Origin: Auanema rhodensis
Lineage: Eukaryota > Animalia > Nematoda
Direction: 5' to 3'
DNA: 64,000 nt
NCBI GenBank assembly: GCA_964057225.1
Contig: OZ059898.1
Location: 8,184,001 to 8,248,000, forward strand
Shown here: one piece after another, positions 51,087-64,000 of the stretch
Position numbering within the stretch: the stretch's first letter is position 1
Layout: each line of letters starts with the position of its first letter
The notes under the pieces: generated by a model
The model's database searches: none
Seen by the model: the letters and a program-made list of their open reading frames with translations, nothing else
Told to the model about the DNA's origin: nothing
Translations under genes and position numbers: made by a program

Positions 51087-52741
51087 TTCTGAAATAAAAG
51101 AATAAATAGAAGTGGTTATGAAGTTTCTTCCAAATATTTGAGAGCAAAAAAGATATAGTTACAGAACACATCAAAACCAAACGATTCAAATATACGAATA
51201 AAAGTGTGAAGTGAAGGGTTGCACCTTGTGCACCTTTACGCACCAATGAAATGATAATTAACCAAAACCTGATATCAGAAAGTAAGAATAATTCGAAATA
51301 GTACTTTTTGTATTTGAAAAAAAAATTAAAACAGTTTCAGGTACTCAGGAATAAAATTTCATTACGTTGTCTTTAAGAAATATAAAAAAAACATTTTAAA
51401 ATCAAAAAAAAAGGTGTGCTAATAGTTTTTGCCAATACTGTATGTATACTATACTAGCTATATGTATATAGAAATACTCAATCAAAACAGCTTGATGTAA
51501 TAATAAGTGTTTATGGGAGGAATGAAAGACTGATCTTACTAACTAGTCTCTGAACAATTTTAAGTTTTAGACAAATATTAAATATGTTTTATTTTTCAAA
51601 ATGATAACACTTACATTATAAAGCAAAATACTGATTTTAATTCATAGAATGAACTTAGTAATATAAGAACTTAATTATAACTTATTTTTCAATCAAAATA
51701 TAGAAATATATAAAGAATAATTTATAAATAATAGAAAATATTACAGCATACGACTACGCGTTTTAAATGCTTCTATCAAATGATTATTAAAGATGTTACA
51801 AGATTATATATATGGAGCAAGATTCCTCCGCCCATCAGATAATGTTAATGAATCAGAATTATGATTAAGTTGTTCTTCAGCATCTCATGTTTGAAGTACA
51901 AATTTTATCTTATTTATTACGATATTTCGAAATAAATAAAATACTCAATATACAGATGAATCATATTAATCATAAAAATATTATTTTGTATTAAGTTTCT
52001 CAAAAATAAAATTAAATTTGGTAATAAATGAAAGCTAAACTGTAATAAATTGAATTTTCTTCGTGTTCACAAGCTTATCTCAGTATATATGTATGTATAT
52101 ATCAATTGATATCAATGATTCCAAGTAAACGTTAGTTTTAGATATTATGTTCTAATAAAGATTGTTTCAATTCCATTCATCTTTCAAGTTTAATAGGATT
52201 ATACTTTCGAATGTGATAATAGTTTTAACTTATAGTGTCGCTTAAAGTGTAATTTGAACTATTTTATCTTATATTTCTTTAAAAAATATTTTTTCAAGAA
52301 TTAAGAAATTGAAAGTATTATATATTCAGTCGTGTATGGTCGATGCCGAAAAATGAACAAATTCAAAAATACTTTAATTCTGATTTTCCTTCTGTTTTGT
52401 AAGTATCAGGTTTTTCTTTGTTGTGAAGTATTTCATGTTTATATCGCTCGACTGCTACTTAGATACTAAGAATGTCATCTCAACAAGCTTAAAGTAAAGA
52501 AATATGCTACACATGTCATTTGGGTGTGGTATCGATAAAACACACATACCGGACCTTTTTATGAATTGTAATGATTTTACTTCAGCTAGTATTGCTGACT
52601 CAAAAATACTTGTATATATGGTATGAAAAACAAGATGATAAACGATTTATCTATATTGATCTGTACTGTGACGTCTAACATAAGTTAATGAATTGTATTT
52701 CATCATCAGTCATATGTGATGAGAAATTTTGAAAACTTTAT

Positions 52742-53634
52742 GGCTCTTTTTTAATATCCTCCACTCGCTATGCTCCGGACCTTCTGCTAAAACGAGCGCG
52801 GTTTCACTACCTGGAGGCGGAATAAACTCTAAACCACCCTCGCGCACAACTTCCAAACTCCGGGAATCTGGGGGGTATCTGTGGGGAGAAGTAACTTTAA
52901 TAAAATTTTCAAATATAAAAATCAGCTTCATTCTCTCTTGCATAAAAAGTACAATATCTTAAAAAATGGTATCAAATAGGCCTTTCTGATTGTTCCGTCT
53001 CTTCCACATAAATTCGCACAAGTAGGAATCCAACACAACAGCCACATCTTCTTGAACTTCGACTTTGCAACATTCCACATTCCTTGTATTCCATTGGTGT
53101 GCGTTCCTGTGTCCGGGTTCACGAAGCTGTACAACAGTGGCACTATTGTAGGAAGTGTATTCCCACGTTCACGCATATACAAAAGTGATAAACTTTGAAA
53201 ACGGCATACGAGATCCTACATACAAAATAATCACAAATAAAAGACTCAGAACTAACCTTCCAGAAAAGTTCCTTTTCTAATTTGCTCTTCTTTCCTGCAT
53301 ACTTTGGTGGAACATCTTCATCTTTCTCTCTCAAAGGACAGTTTCATTTCTTTTTGACATTCATCACACATTTTAGCCAGAGGAATAACTCCTTTTTCTT
53401 TAAGAAAACCGATAGCATCTTCCTTTTTGGCAACTTGAGCTAGAAGAGCAAGCAATTGTCGTCAAGTAATGATTTTATGTAACATGTTAAAATATGTATA
53501 TGCTATTGTGAAAGCCTTTTACAACCCTTTTAAAACATGTTAACAACCTTTTACTTCTTCCCATTGGGTTCAAACTTTTTCGAGAATCGGTAGAATAGGC
53601 GGAGCCTAGCGAGGGGGGATAATAAAAAAGAACC
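52742..53634 (-). mobile_element. Merlin (IS1595/IS1016-related) DNA transposon, internally deleted and degenerate
   Basis: Imperfect ~36-45 bp TIRs starting GG (GGCTCTTTTTTTAATATCCTCCACTCGCTATGCTCCG vs GGTTCTTTTTTATTATCCCCCCTCGCTAGGCTCCG); perfect 8-bp TSD AACTTTAT at 52734-52741 and 53635-53642; frameshifted transposase remnants FVNPDTGTHTNGIQGMW, LDSYLCEFMWKRR, AIGFLKEKG..CDEC. Confidence 0.92.
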
Positions 53635-53895
53635 AACTTTATTGCTTTTATATAAGCTTTGAAGTAATATGCTTAAAATATAATAATTTATAATACTCAT
53701 TTGGTAAATAAACATCATTTGTTTCTTATACTCTGTAGGCGTTCAACTTTCATCACTTAAGAATGTAATATACATGCATAAGTACTGTATTATATATATA
53801 TAAAAGTACAAAAAAAAGAATAAATAAAGCTAGTAATATTATAATATTACTCATTTATTATATTATTTTTATAAATTTATAAAAATATTACATAA

Positions 53896-56425
53896 TTATG
53901 AATTTGTTAATAATTCTTCTTCAGCATTAATATCTTTTGTTTTATTTTTCTTTCGAGGCATTTCATTGGGTAACGGAACACCTATAAATAGATAGATGTA
54001 TACATATAATTCTATATTATATTCAAGATTTATACCTTTAGTTTCAGGAATAAATACAAGAAATAGAATAATATCAATAAAACATAGCGTAGCCATTACA
54101 AGATAGGGAAAACCATTTATATATTGTGGCTAAAATAAAATAAAATAATAATTCATATGTTAAGAAATACTTACCAAACTAAAAACCATAGGACCAAATA
54201 CATTGCCAATTCGTCCACAGACATTAATATTTGCAACAGCTATGTTACGTACACCTGTTGGAAATAGCTCAGAAGCAACAATTAAAATCTGAAAAATATA
54301 TTATTTTATTAAATATTGGTCACAATTAATTGAATAATTACTTGTAAAAATAATGATCCTGTTGTTCCAAAAGCAAATAATGTAAAGAATTGGATAAGAG
54401 TTCCCATTTTCTTTTCATATCCTATAATAACATTAATTATATTTTAAATATTTAAAGGTCATACCAGATGCATATATTACGAATATCGAAGCCAAGCTTA
54501 CACCAATAATAGCCATTGTGAAGAAATGAAGTCGACGACGTCCAACAACATGAGCGCCAAAATGATCACTGGCAGCAATCTGAAATAAGAAATCCTAAAA
54601 CTTTACTATATTTTATAAATATGTTTCACGTTTCAAATATATAAATTTGTAATTTATGTTTTTTTTGTTTTGTTCGAAAAACCGACCAATGCTCCGACTA
54701 CCCAACGTAGTAGTCCAGAAAAGGCTGTGTTCAAGTATATAGAACCTTTAATTACATCCAAATTAAAAATGAGTCCATATGTAACATAACTCAAAGAAAA
54801 TCTGAAAAATAAAATTATAAATATAATTAATATTGACTATACATACAATGAAAATGAACAAACAATTGTTCGAATTGCTAATTGACCAGTAGAATAAAGA
54901 TGAGTAAACGTATATTTTTTTGCTTTTTTTGTTGTTCCTGATGTATCTGCTTCATTTACCAAAGTCATAATTTTATCATTTGAAACCTATCAATAGTTGA
55001 GTTTGTTTCTTTATTCATAATAGGGCAACGAACTTGATTTTCTGGTCTTTTGAACCGATTCACGTATTGTAATGCTCGCATCGCATCCGTTTTTCGTTTC
55101 TTTTGAACCAAAAACTTTGGGCTTTCTGGCAGCAAACTGAAGTTTCAAACATTTTTTCTGATTATTAGACTATAAAAAACTTACAATGCGCAAACAAAGA
55201 TTGCTATCAAGGTTATAATATTATTAACAAATGCTAATTTTCTCCATGTTCCAGTTACTTTAGCAATGAGTGAGAAAAGTAAATAGTTTGGAGCCCATGT
55301 AATAATAGTACATAACCAAATACGATGATTAGACGGTAACATTTCAACAATATATATTCCACTAACACTAAAATTAAGTTTTAAAAATAATTTTAAAACT
55401 TGTCTATATGTATAATCTTACGTATTTAAACCTCCTCCGGATAAACCAATAAGGAAACGTAAAAGTATAAAGCAATCCATTGATACAGAAAAGGTTGAAG
55501 CAAAAGATGACATGAATATTGCTAAGAGAAATGATAAAGTGATCTGAAAATATAATTTTATATAAATATAATATGTAATTATGTATAATAAATTAAAAAT
55601 ACAAAATAAATTAATAAAGAAAATGCCTTTTTTCTTCCATAAAGATCCGAAAGTTGTCCAGCAATTGCTGATCCTATGATAATTCCAACCATTTGAATGG
55701 TTGTACTAAATTTAGCTTTATTCTCAATTCCCAATGGTAATAGTATAGAATCAAGCCATGTTATATCTTGAGATTGACAATACTGTTCAAACTATAATGA
55801 AAATGAAACATTTCAACTCATAAATTATATAAATTCAACCTCAACAACTGTGGATTTGAACTCATATGATACATTAGGTGTGGTACAGTTTGATTCGAAT
55901 AGCAGTGAACATCGTTCTGCTTTAGTTCCATTGTATATTTCATTTCCACAACCAATAAGTTCAGCTTTTGATGCACCAAATATATTAAAAACCTAAAGAT
56001 ATAATATAGATATGGTAAGTTTATTCAAAAAAACATTATGAAAATAAAAATATTATATCTAACTAGACCAATCAGACAAGTTAATTACACATCTTATCAC
56101 AAGACAAGTCAGCAACACAATAATGTTTCATTGCTTATCTTTATTTACCATTACCACATGTTTTGTGAATTTTTAATTTACCATCAGTTTAGTCATCCAA
56201 AATATTAATATATATACCTTTGTCTGGGTTAAATCTTTTGAATACTAGCTAGACTACATGTTCAGGTTGGAAAGGACAGGACGAAAAACTTTCACAAACC
56301 ATATTTGAAAGCATAGTGTAGATGAGGAATTCATTGAATAATAGTACTATAAGCTGGAACGAATCCAATTCAAAGAAATCATCTACTTTATGAATTTTCA
56401 CTTCTTTTTTTCTTATTAATGGCAT
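53896..56425 (-). CDS. SLC22-like MFS organic cation/anion transporter
   Basis: Motifs GQLSDLYGRKK, LRFLIG, LPESPKFL, ELFPTGVRN, FIPETKG; multiple hydrophobic segments; TTTAG immediately before ATG 56425. Confidence 0.92.
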
Positions 56426-58567
56426 TCTAAAGAGAAAAAAACACAAATAAAATCAACAAATTCTATAAGAATAATATAAATCAAAATATTTTATAAATAT
56501 AAGAAGAGAAATGAAAGAAGATATAGATGATTGAAAATCATTTTGATAACTTATAAGAAGAAACTTTATAGAAGAAATTGAAAAACTTGATTTAATAGAT
56601 ATCATATATATAAGATGTAAACTATATATATATAACTACATGTATTCTATACAATCTAGAATAAAAATATGAAAAAGAAAAGTTTGTTGATAGTTTTATA
56701 TCAAAATAAAGATTCAATTCGGACCTATATATGAGATTTGAGTGGAAAGAATGAAAATCTGTTAACTATAAGTCTTATATCTTATCAAGTATTATATGAC
56801 TATATCATAAAATAATAGATTGAGAAGAAGCAATTGTTGATCAGATATAATCTTCGTTTCACGGTCTTGATGGAAATTTAATTTTTAAATTTTGATAAGA
56901 AGGACAAGCACTGTAAAAATTTTTCGCAATGAATAAGCTTATCAATGTTCAGTGAATATCAGCAAATTAAAAAAAAACTTTTATGTACTAGAATCATAAC
57001 AATATATTAACTATACTGTAGTAACAATATAATTTATATATATATATCTATTCATATGAAAAAATCAAATATATTTCTCATTCTTTTCCAATAGAAGAGT
57101 TTGAAACCGGAAAGTTCAGTAGTAAATGTGCTAAATTCTATTGAATATACAAGAATAATATTACGATATCATATAATACAAATGCTTGTATAAACCTAAT
57201 AAATCAGTAGGTAGACAAGTTCTTATTCAACTCTTCGTCAAGTTTATGAAGAAGACAAAGTTTGTTTTTTTGTTTTCTTATTTTTATAATAATAAATAAA
57301 TACAAACGATGTTGAAAATGAATAAAGAAATAAAATACTTTTGTGTCTACCAGCTATCTTTAATCTTGTTTATTTGGTGTTATCATCCTTATCATAACGT
57401 GAAAACAGATTTGCTTAATGAAGTTTCAAGTTTTATATTTATATTGAACTCCAAATAAATATTTTTAGTCTTTATTACAAAGTTTTAAAATATATTATGT
57501 GACTTGAAATTTTTTTCTCATTCCCTGTTCAACATTTCTAAAAATAATACTTTTAAATCATTCAGAAAACATATTTGTATGATTGATATCATACTTTTAC
57601 ATTTTATTTTTAAATTTTAAGCTTAATTGATTTATATATTTAAATCTAATTTGCATATTTATTCGCCACTATTCCCGTGATATTATCATTTTAAAAGTTC
57701 ATAATGAATAAACGGTTGCTTTTCCATTTTTATGATTATTTCCTGACAATATGTTTTTTATTTAACCATAGCATGTTAATAATATCTTTAATATAATTAA
57801 TAATATAATTATTATAAATATAAAATAATTTTTATTATATGAACATAGTATTCAAATTTACATGTGTTCGGTTTGTAATAGCATCGTTCAAAGTATCATC
57901 GTTATTGAGAAGTCTAAGTTGTTTAAGCAAACAGATGAATGTCCTAATCGAGCAGATAAGTGTTGATGAGAAGAATATAGCAAGAGAATAATATAAAGAG
58001 TTAATTTACAGAGAGAAAGTTAGAATAAGAAAATCATATTGTGATGAGAAGAGTGTACGAAAAAGATTGAGAAAGAAGAAAGGATAGATAGAGTGTTCGA
58101 GAGAATATGAGATAAGGAAAGAGAACTATAACTATATTGCTTTGAGTTTGATTTGCTCTGTATCTCTATGACTCTCACATATGTCCATAATGCTACTTAC
58201 TGGCTACCTCGACTACCTAGACTAACTCTAACAAAATCAACGTTGGTCATCACAAGTGAGCAAACATACAGCTATGGCGATACTCTTTCTATGCGCATCC
58301 TTCGAACTCGTGGTTCTCTTCGCTCGGAAGATAAAGACAGTCAAATGATGAGCAATTGACATAGAGTTATAGAGAAAAAGAAAGGAAAAGAGGCAAGTAT
58401 ATAGAAGAGGAATAAGACTAGATAGGATGTAGATAGCACAAATCTGAAAGAGAAGGAAGCACGTTTTGTTCTTTTCTCCTATTCTTAATTTAGAGATTAA
58501 GGTGTTCCTTGATACAGCTATTAAAATTTCCAATCTTATTCATCCTAGCCTCAGGCACTATACTGCC

Positions 58568-61500
58568 ATGATAACATCTGCTTATTTACTTCATAACTTT
58601 CTAATTTTTTATTTTTTGATTCAATGCTCACATGCTCATGAACTAGGAGGTAAGAAACAACTCTATATTCTTCACTGCATCTTTCGCAGTTTTTTTTCGT
58701 TTCCGTTATTTTGATAAGAATACAGTATTCACATCATCACTTGGCTTTTGCTCTTGCAACACTTAAAAACAAAAAGTTGAAGAAGCTCATCACCTCATTC
58801 ATCTTATGTTGAATTTTTGCACTTCACGGTCTTTCGAATCTATTTTTTTCCCGATTTTAAAGAAGAGTTCATTCAAAAAATATGTAAAAAAAAGAATTAT
58901 TTGAATGGTTTGTTTTCTTTTGAACTTTGAAGTATTGCTTTTTCATAATTTTGTTGAATAAGGACACTTATCGGTTAAATCGACATTTGATCTGCTTGAA
59001 TTGTTCAACAAACACCTTTATATTTTTTTTCAAGAATCAAAAAAGATGGAAAGAAAGATTGAATTTAAAGTGTATATCAAAAATTTTATAATTTAAGGTA
59101 TTTTATGTCGTCAACCAAAAAATGAAGGTTATGAATGTGGAGTATCTTCGCCATATTCAGCATATCATTTTGACGCTGATATTGGTGAGAATTATCATAT
59201 ATAACATACTGATAGATTCTTCATGTTAAGGCGAATGTATTGAATTCATGTTCAAAGCTTGTGGTGGCAATCAAAATCGTTTTCCAACTAAAGAAGATTG
59301 TATGAATGGTTGTCGAAGTTTAAGTAATATTCTTGAGCTAAAATATAAGAAAACATATAATTACATTCAGCTCTGTGTGGCAAAGGAATGCCACTAATGG
59401 ATTTTGCTGGGAATATCAAACGATGTGAAGGAGATAGAATACCATGTCCAGGTTCACATTACTGTGTTGGACATGGAATGCATAGTGTTTGTTGTCAAAA
59501 AGCGGGTAAGCATGAAAAACAAATGTTTTGATTATGAATTATTAATAAACTATATACTTTGCAGATCGTATTTGTCAATCCTCTGTAAGTGCAGGCTCTC
59601 CTTGTGGAGCACCTCCTGTAACCAGGTGATTAACTAATTTTCCACTGAATAATCTATCGAATTTATTCATATGCCTAATCTCAGATATAATAAAGTATTC
59701 TTTCAGATATTATTTCGATGCAGCTTCCAAAACGTGTCGCTCATTTGCTTTCACAGGTTGTGGAGGAAATGAAAATAATTTCAAAACTAAAGGAGATTGC
59801 TTGAAGTTCTGCAGCAGCGAAGGTTATCACATAGTAGCTAGTGTTTGAAAATTGTTTATCTTTAAGTCATTTGTCCTCGTGGTGATCCACATCCTGATCG
59901 CTATTCAATCAATCAAATAGCTTCATGTATGGAAGATAAACATTGTCCCAGAAACTATACTTGTACAGCTCGAGCAGGAAAGAAAGGAGCCTGTTGTCCA
60001 AGCAAAGGTAAAAATTATTAGTTTTTAATTTTTTTCACATATTTTTTAGAATTTGTTTGTGGCACGCCATTAGAAACTAAGCATTCATGCCGTCGTCAAG
60101 GAAATAATGATTTGGAGCCCACATGGACATTTGATTATAGGAAAGGAGCTTGTACGAAAGTAATTAAACCAATTAAGATTTTTTTTAATTTTAACAATGT
60201 TTCTCATATCTCCTTTTGTGTTAAAGTTCAAACATTTTGATTTTAATAACTTCTTACTTTAGGCTCATCAAGGTGTATGTGAAGATCAATGGAATTCTTT
60301 TGCTAATCAAGAACAATGTCTTGATTATTGTGTCGGTAAGATAAATCGAATTGAAGTTTTCATTTTAATTGTATATTTGCTACCAGGAACTTGTCCAAAT
60401 GATTACGAAACTCACATTAATCCTTTAACAAATCAACCACAGTTATGTGATCATGAGAAAAACCTGGGTTGTCCATTAGGTTATGAGTGCATAAAAAGGT
60501 TCGTAGCATTGAAAATACCAATATAAATTAAATTCTCAAGCTCTCCATTCGCTTCAATTTGTTGCAAAACGGAGCCACTCTGCCCAGCAGCGGAATCATT
60601 AATACTGATCAAGGTTGATAACATAAAATTATAAACAACTTTCTAAAATTAAAGGATAATCGAGCTGTTCGTTGTAATTTGAGTAAAACAGATACCTGTC
60701 CCGAACAATATACGTGCCAACAAGCAAAAAATATGGTAAAACTAACTTCTTTTTGTGATAATATCCTATTTACTATTTCTCATAGGAGTCGATATGCTGT
60801 ACTAAACCATTGTCATGTCCTTCCGGTATGCAATCATTAAGGGAAGACGGTAAAATTATACAATATTCGATCTTTAGTTTTTTTTGTTGCTTTTGCGATA
60901 TTTAATATTACTGAAGAGCAATTTAGGTGGTCGTCCAAGAGTGTGTTCAATAGGAGTTGAAGGCGGATGCCCGTCAGATCACATGTGCGTACCAGGTGAA
61001 GGTAGGATAGTAACTCTTTTCACATTTTAATATTTAAGTTAAGTTACAATTGTTAAAAACTAATTTAGGATCGTCATTAGGAGGTGCTCGGCATTTATGC
61101 TGCAAACCGGAACGTAAATGCTTAGTGCCATTCGTAAATTTGGAATCGAAAAGGCCAAAACGATGCTTCCCGGGTATGTAGCTTCTTTTAATACAAACGA
61201 AAGTATCCTTATATAGGAGATGGTACATGTCCACAATCAACGGCTTGCTTGCCTGCGCTAGAAGATAATTCTGCGATCACTAACGCTATTGATGTGATGT
61301 TTTTCTGTTGTCATACAATAGATGTGTTCACTTGTAGTGATGGATCTCAACCTATAATTGATCAGAACTCTCGACGACCAATGACGTTTGTTTAACGTTT
61401 TAATAGTTCACGAACTAAAATATTCTAGATGTGCTCCTTCGAACCCAATGTCTTGCCCTGAAGAAATGACATGTTCACTACTAATGGATGGAACACATTC

Positions 61501-62059
61501 ATGCTGCCCTCATGTTTTAACAACTCAAATTTGTACAGAGGCCCTAGCAGATAATAACGGTCCAATACGATGTCAGGTCAGTTTTCAAGAAGCTTACTCG
61601 CTAAATTTACATTTGAAGAGCTTGGAAGACAACACTTGCCCAGAAGGAAAATGTCGGAAAGCATTAGATGGATTCTATTACTGTTGCAAATCTACTACAG
61701 AAACACCTTATGTCCCACCTGCGGCGACCCAATCTTTAATACAACATTATCCCCATCAGAAAATGAGTCCGCCTCCCAGTTATGAACAAAACAATTGGAA
61801 TATCGTATATGTCCCCGATCAAGCACAGTTGAATCTGTTCAGCCCTCCTCGTTTATTTCAAAAGACTTCTATTAGAAGAAAGCCAATGAAGCCAGTTCAA
61901 TTTAGTACAGAGAGTACTTCAGTTCCTCCCAAAACTACAACATTCCAATCAGCTGTTATGCGGCATCTACAAAACATTCGACAGCAACAGCGGGCGCTAG
62001 GACGTCATCGAAGTCCACCAGATTACCTCAGAGGTTTGAAAAAAAAGGAAAGTATGTAG
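58568..62059 (+). CDS. Secreted Kunitz/BPTI plus nematode Cys-rich (Lustrin/WR1-type) repeat protein
   Basis: Signal peptide in exon 1; Kunitz motifs FMFKACGGNQNRFPTKEDC, YYFDAASKTCRSFAFTGCGGNENNFKTKGDC and a third degenerate copy; many CP.x.C...CC repeats; low-complexity C-tail; AATAAA ~62085. Confidence 0.9.
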
Positions 62060-62154
62060 AAATTTGATTGTATATATATAAATGAATAAAAACAATTTGA
62101 TTAACAACGTTGCACGTGTACAAACAACTAAGAAAAACGGGAGGAATAAGAGAG

Positions 62155-64000
62155 TTAACGGCGCATCTGGAAATAACTTTTTTGTTTAATATATTAAGAT
62201 AACACATACAAAAGGTGATGGTAATGTATAGCTTGGCCTACTTTCTAGTAATGTCATTGGTGCGTTTATCTGAAACGATGAAATGAGAAAATATAATTTA
62301 TAAATAATGGTATCATCCTCACCCTAGTAGCATCTTCATTTTCACTTGTACAGTCACGATTTCTTCTCTAAACCATTTCATATTTATATAAGTTTCATGA
62401 ATTTTAAATTAATACCTGCTCGTCAAATCTTTTCAGTTTCTTTGATTCTGGCGGAGTTGCAAGCAAAGGTTTTCTTTTAGACACTTCGACACAAACACGG
62501 GATGGAGACATAGCTTCTTCTTTTGCTACTTTGCTACTTCCGGAATCAGAAATGTCCTGAAGCAACAAAATAACACTGAAACATTCTATAAAACTTACCA
62601 TGTTAATTTCATCTTTGATACTGGAACTCAGCGATCCAGTAGTAGACCTGGCTTCAACTTGATATGACGACGTATCCATCTTAAAGAAAAATTTTAGCGT
62701 TAAAAAGGAAGAGTGAAACTACTTCCTGTTTCAGTGAGTTGAGGGAACATTGCGAATCTAAGCGAGATCTTGCCGATTTCTCCTTCAAGAAAATGAAATA
62801 ATAACAAAATCAAGGAAGAACTCACAGGAGATTTATGCTTCTTCTTTTTTTTCTCGCTATTAAAGGAAGAAGCTTCCTTACTCGTTTTACTTCTATGTTC
62901 TGTCTCGGACGACTCGCTTACAGAATTATTGAATACCCGTCTTTCCTTGGAATAGCTGCTCTTGCTATTGTTGCTAGCAACTTCCTCGATTGAGGTTTCA
63001 GTTTCTGTATTCACATGAGTACGCTTCTAAAACCACGTAAACATATTAAAATATCATTTTTTTGAAAATTACTACCCCTTGAGACTTTGTTTTCTTTGGA
63101 GTAGAATTACCCTAATTAAATTGTGATTTGTAAAATTTAAATAAAATGAAAAAACAAACCATTGGAGAATCATCTTCCGAGGAAGATGAAGAAGATCGGG
63201 GTCGAAGAGGAGGTGGCGGATTTGACTAAATACTAGCTTAAGAAAAGGAAAATATGCAAACTTTACCTGATATCTACGATCAACAGTGTCTCTCACAATT
63301 GTTCCCATATAATTTATTTTTTCCTTTTCCGTCTACAATACAAAAAATAAGAAAAAGTATTTTAATTTTGAAAACTTTAGAGAAAGCAGGTATTGGGCAA
63401 GGGAATGCTTTCTTTATTACTTTCTCTAGCTTAGAGTTATGAGATCTTTTCTCGTACTCAAACTTATACCTGGAAATATTTTGAAAAAATTAGAAAATTG
63501 TAACATTTAACTAACTTGATAACCGCGTTTTTAATTCCTTTAACGCCATCACGCAGATCATGAACATCCTTCAAAGTAAATGTAATTTTCATAACTTTTA
63601 GATATAAACCTTTAAGTGAGCGTTTGCTCTAAACGCATCTTTGAATAACTCAACGCAATTTGACATAGGGCACGCAATAACATCATTGAAATGAGAACTT
63701 AGCACATGATACCGCCTTAAAAAAAATAACCAAAAAAAATTGAATAGTTGGCAGTGATGAACCTGCTACTAGACGATTTATACATTTTCCCACAATTGGG
63801 AATTTGACATTGGAAATCACTGTAAGGCCACATTGGGAAACACTCTTTCATCTGTAACAATCGTAAAGTAAATACTATCATTAGAAAATAGCACCTTATG
63901 CTCAAGAAGATCTATATAATCATCTTCTTCATGATCAATAGGCATATGATAAAGAGAAACATGGTTTTTTCGAACTTCTAAAGTAACACTTAAAATTAAG
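62155..64000 (-). CDS. C2H2 zinc-finger protein, 3' portion (starts beyond window)
   Basis: Spliced CQIPNCGKMYKSSSSRRYHVLSSH (C-x4-C-x12-H-x4-H), a degenerate second CPMSNC unit, Ser/Lys-rich tail with KKKKKHK; last exon MRR* is inferred. Confidence 0.7.

Noticed and set aside
1-64000. CRISPR arrays, prokaryotic defence systems, rRNA or tRNA genes
   Set aside because: The sequence is intron-rich eukaryotic DNA; no spaced direct-repeat arrays or recognisable tRNA/rRNA motifs were seen.

Overview
AT-rich eukaryotic DNA with nematode (rhabditid-type) gene architecture: many 45-60 nt introns with TTTCAG/TTTTAG acceptors, and acceptor-like trans-splice sites just before start codons. No prokaryotic features, CRISPR, rRNA or tRNA were seen. 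Gene models assembled by hand, in order: mevalonate kinase (+, two alternative first exons after a ~9-11 kb non-coding region); a small orphan single-pass membrane gene (+); an INF2/EXC-6-like formin (-); BCL7 (-); a divergent locus where ~650 aa of SxIP/SPKK-rich disordered sequence appears spliced in frame to MPP10 (+); a KIX-less MED15-like gene (+, possible operon partner); an S28 prolylcarboxypeptidase with a GPI-like tail (-); an internally deleted Merlin transposon with TIRs and an 8-bp TSD; an SLC22-type transporter (-); a secreted Kunitz/Cys-repeat protein (+); and the 3' part of a C2H2 zinc-finger gene (-). The most notable observations are the apparent giant MPP10 fusion, the KIX-less MED15-like gene, the alternative exon structure of mevalonate kinase, and two GC-rich structured-RNA candidates (2766-2837, ~33022-33116). 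All exon boundaries are manual predictions without RNA-seq or database support.
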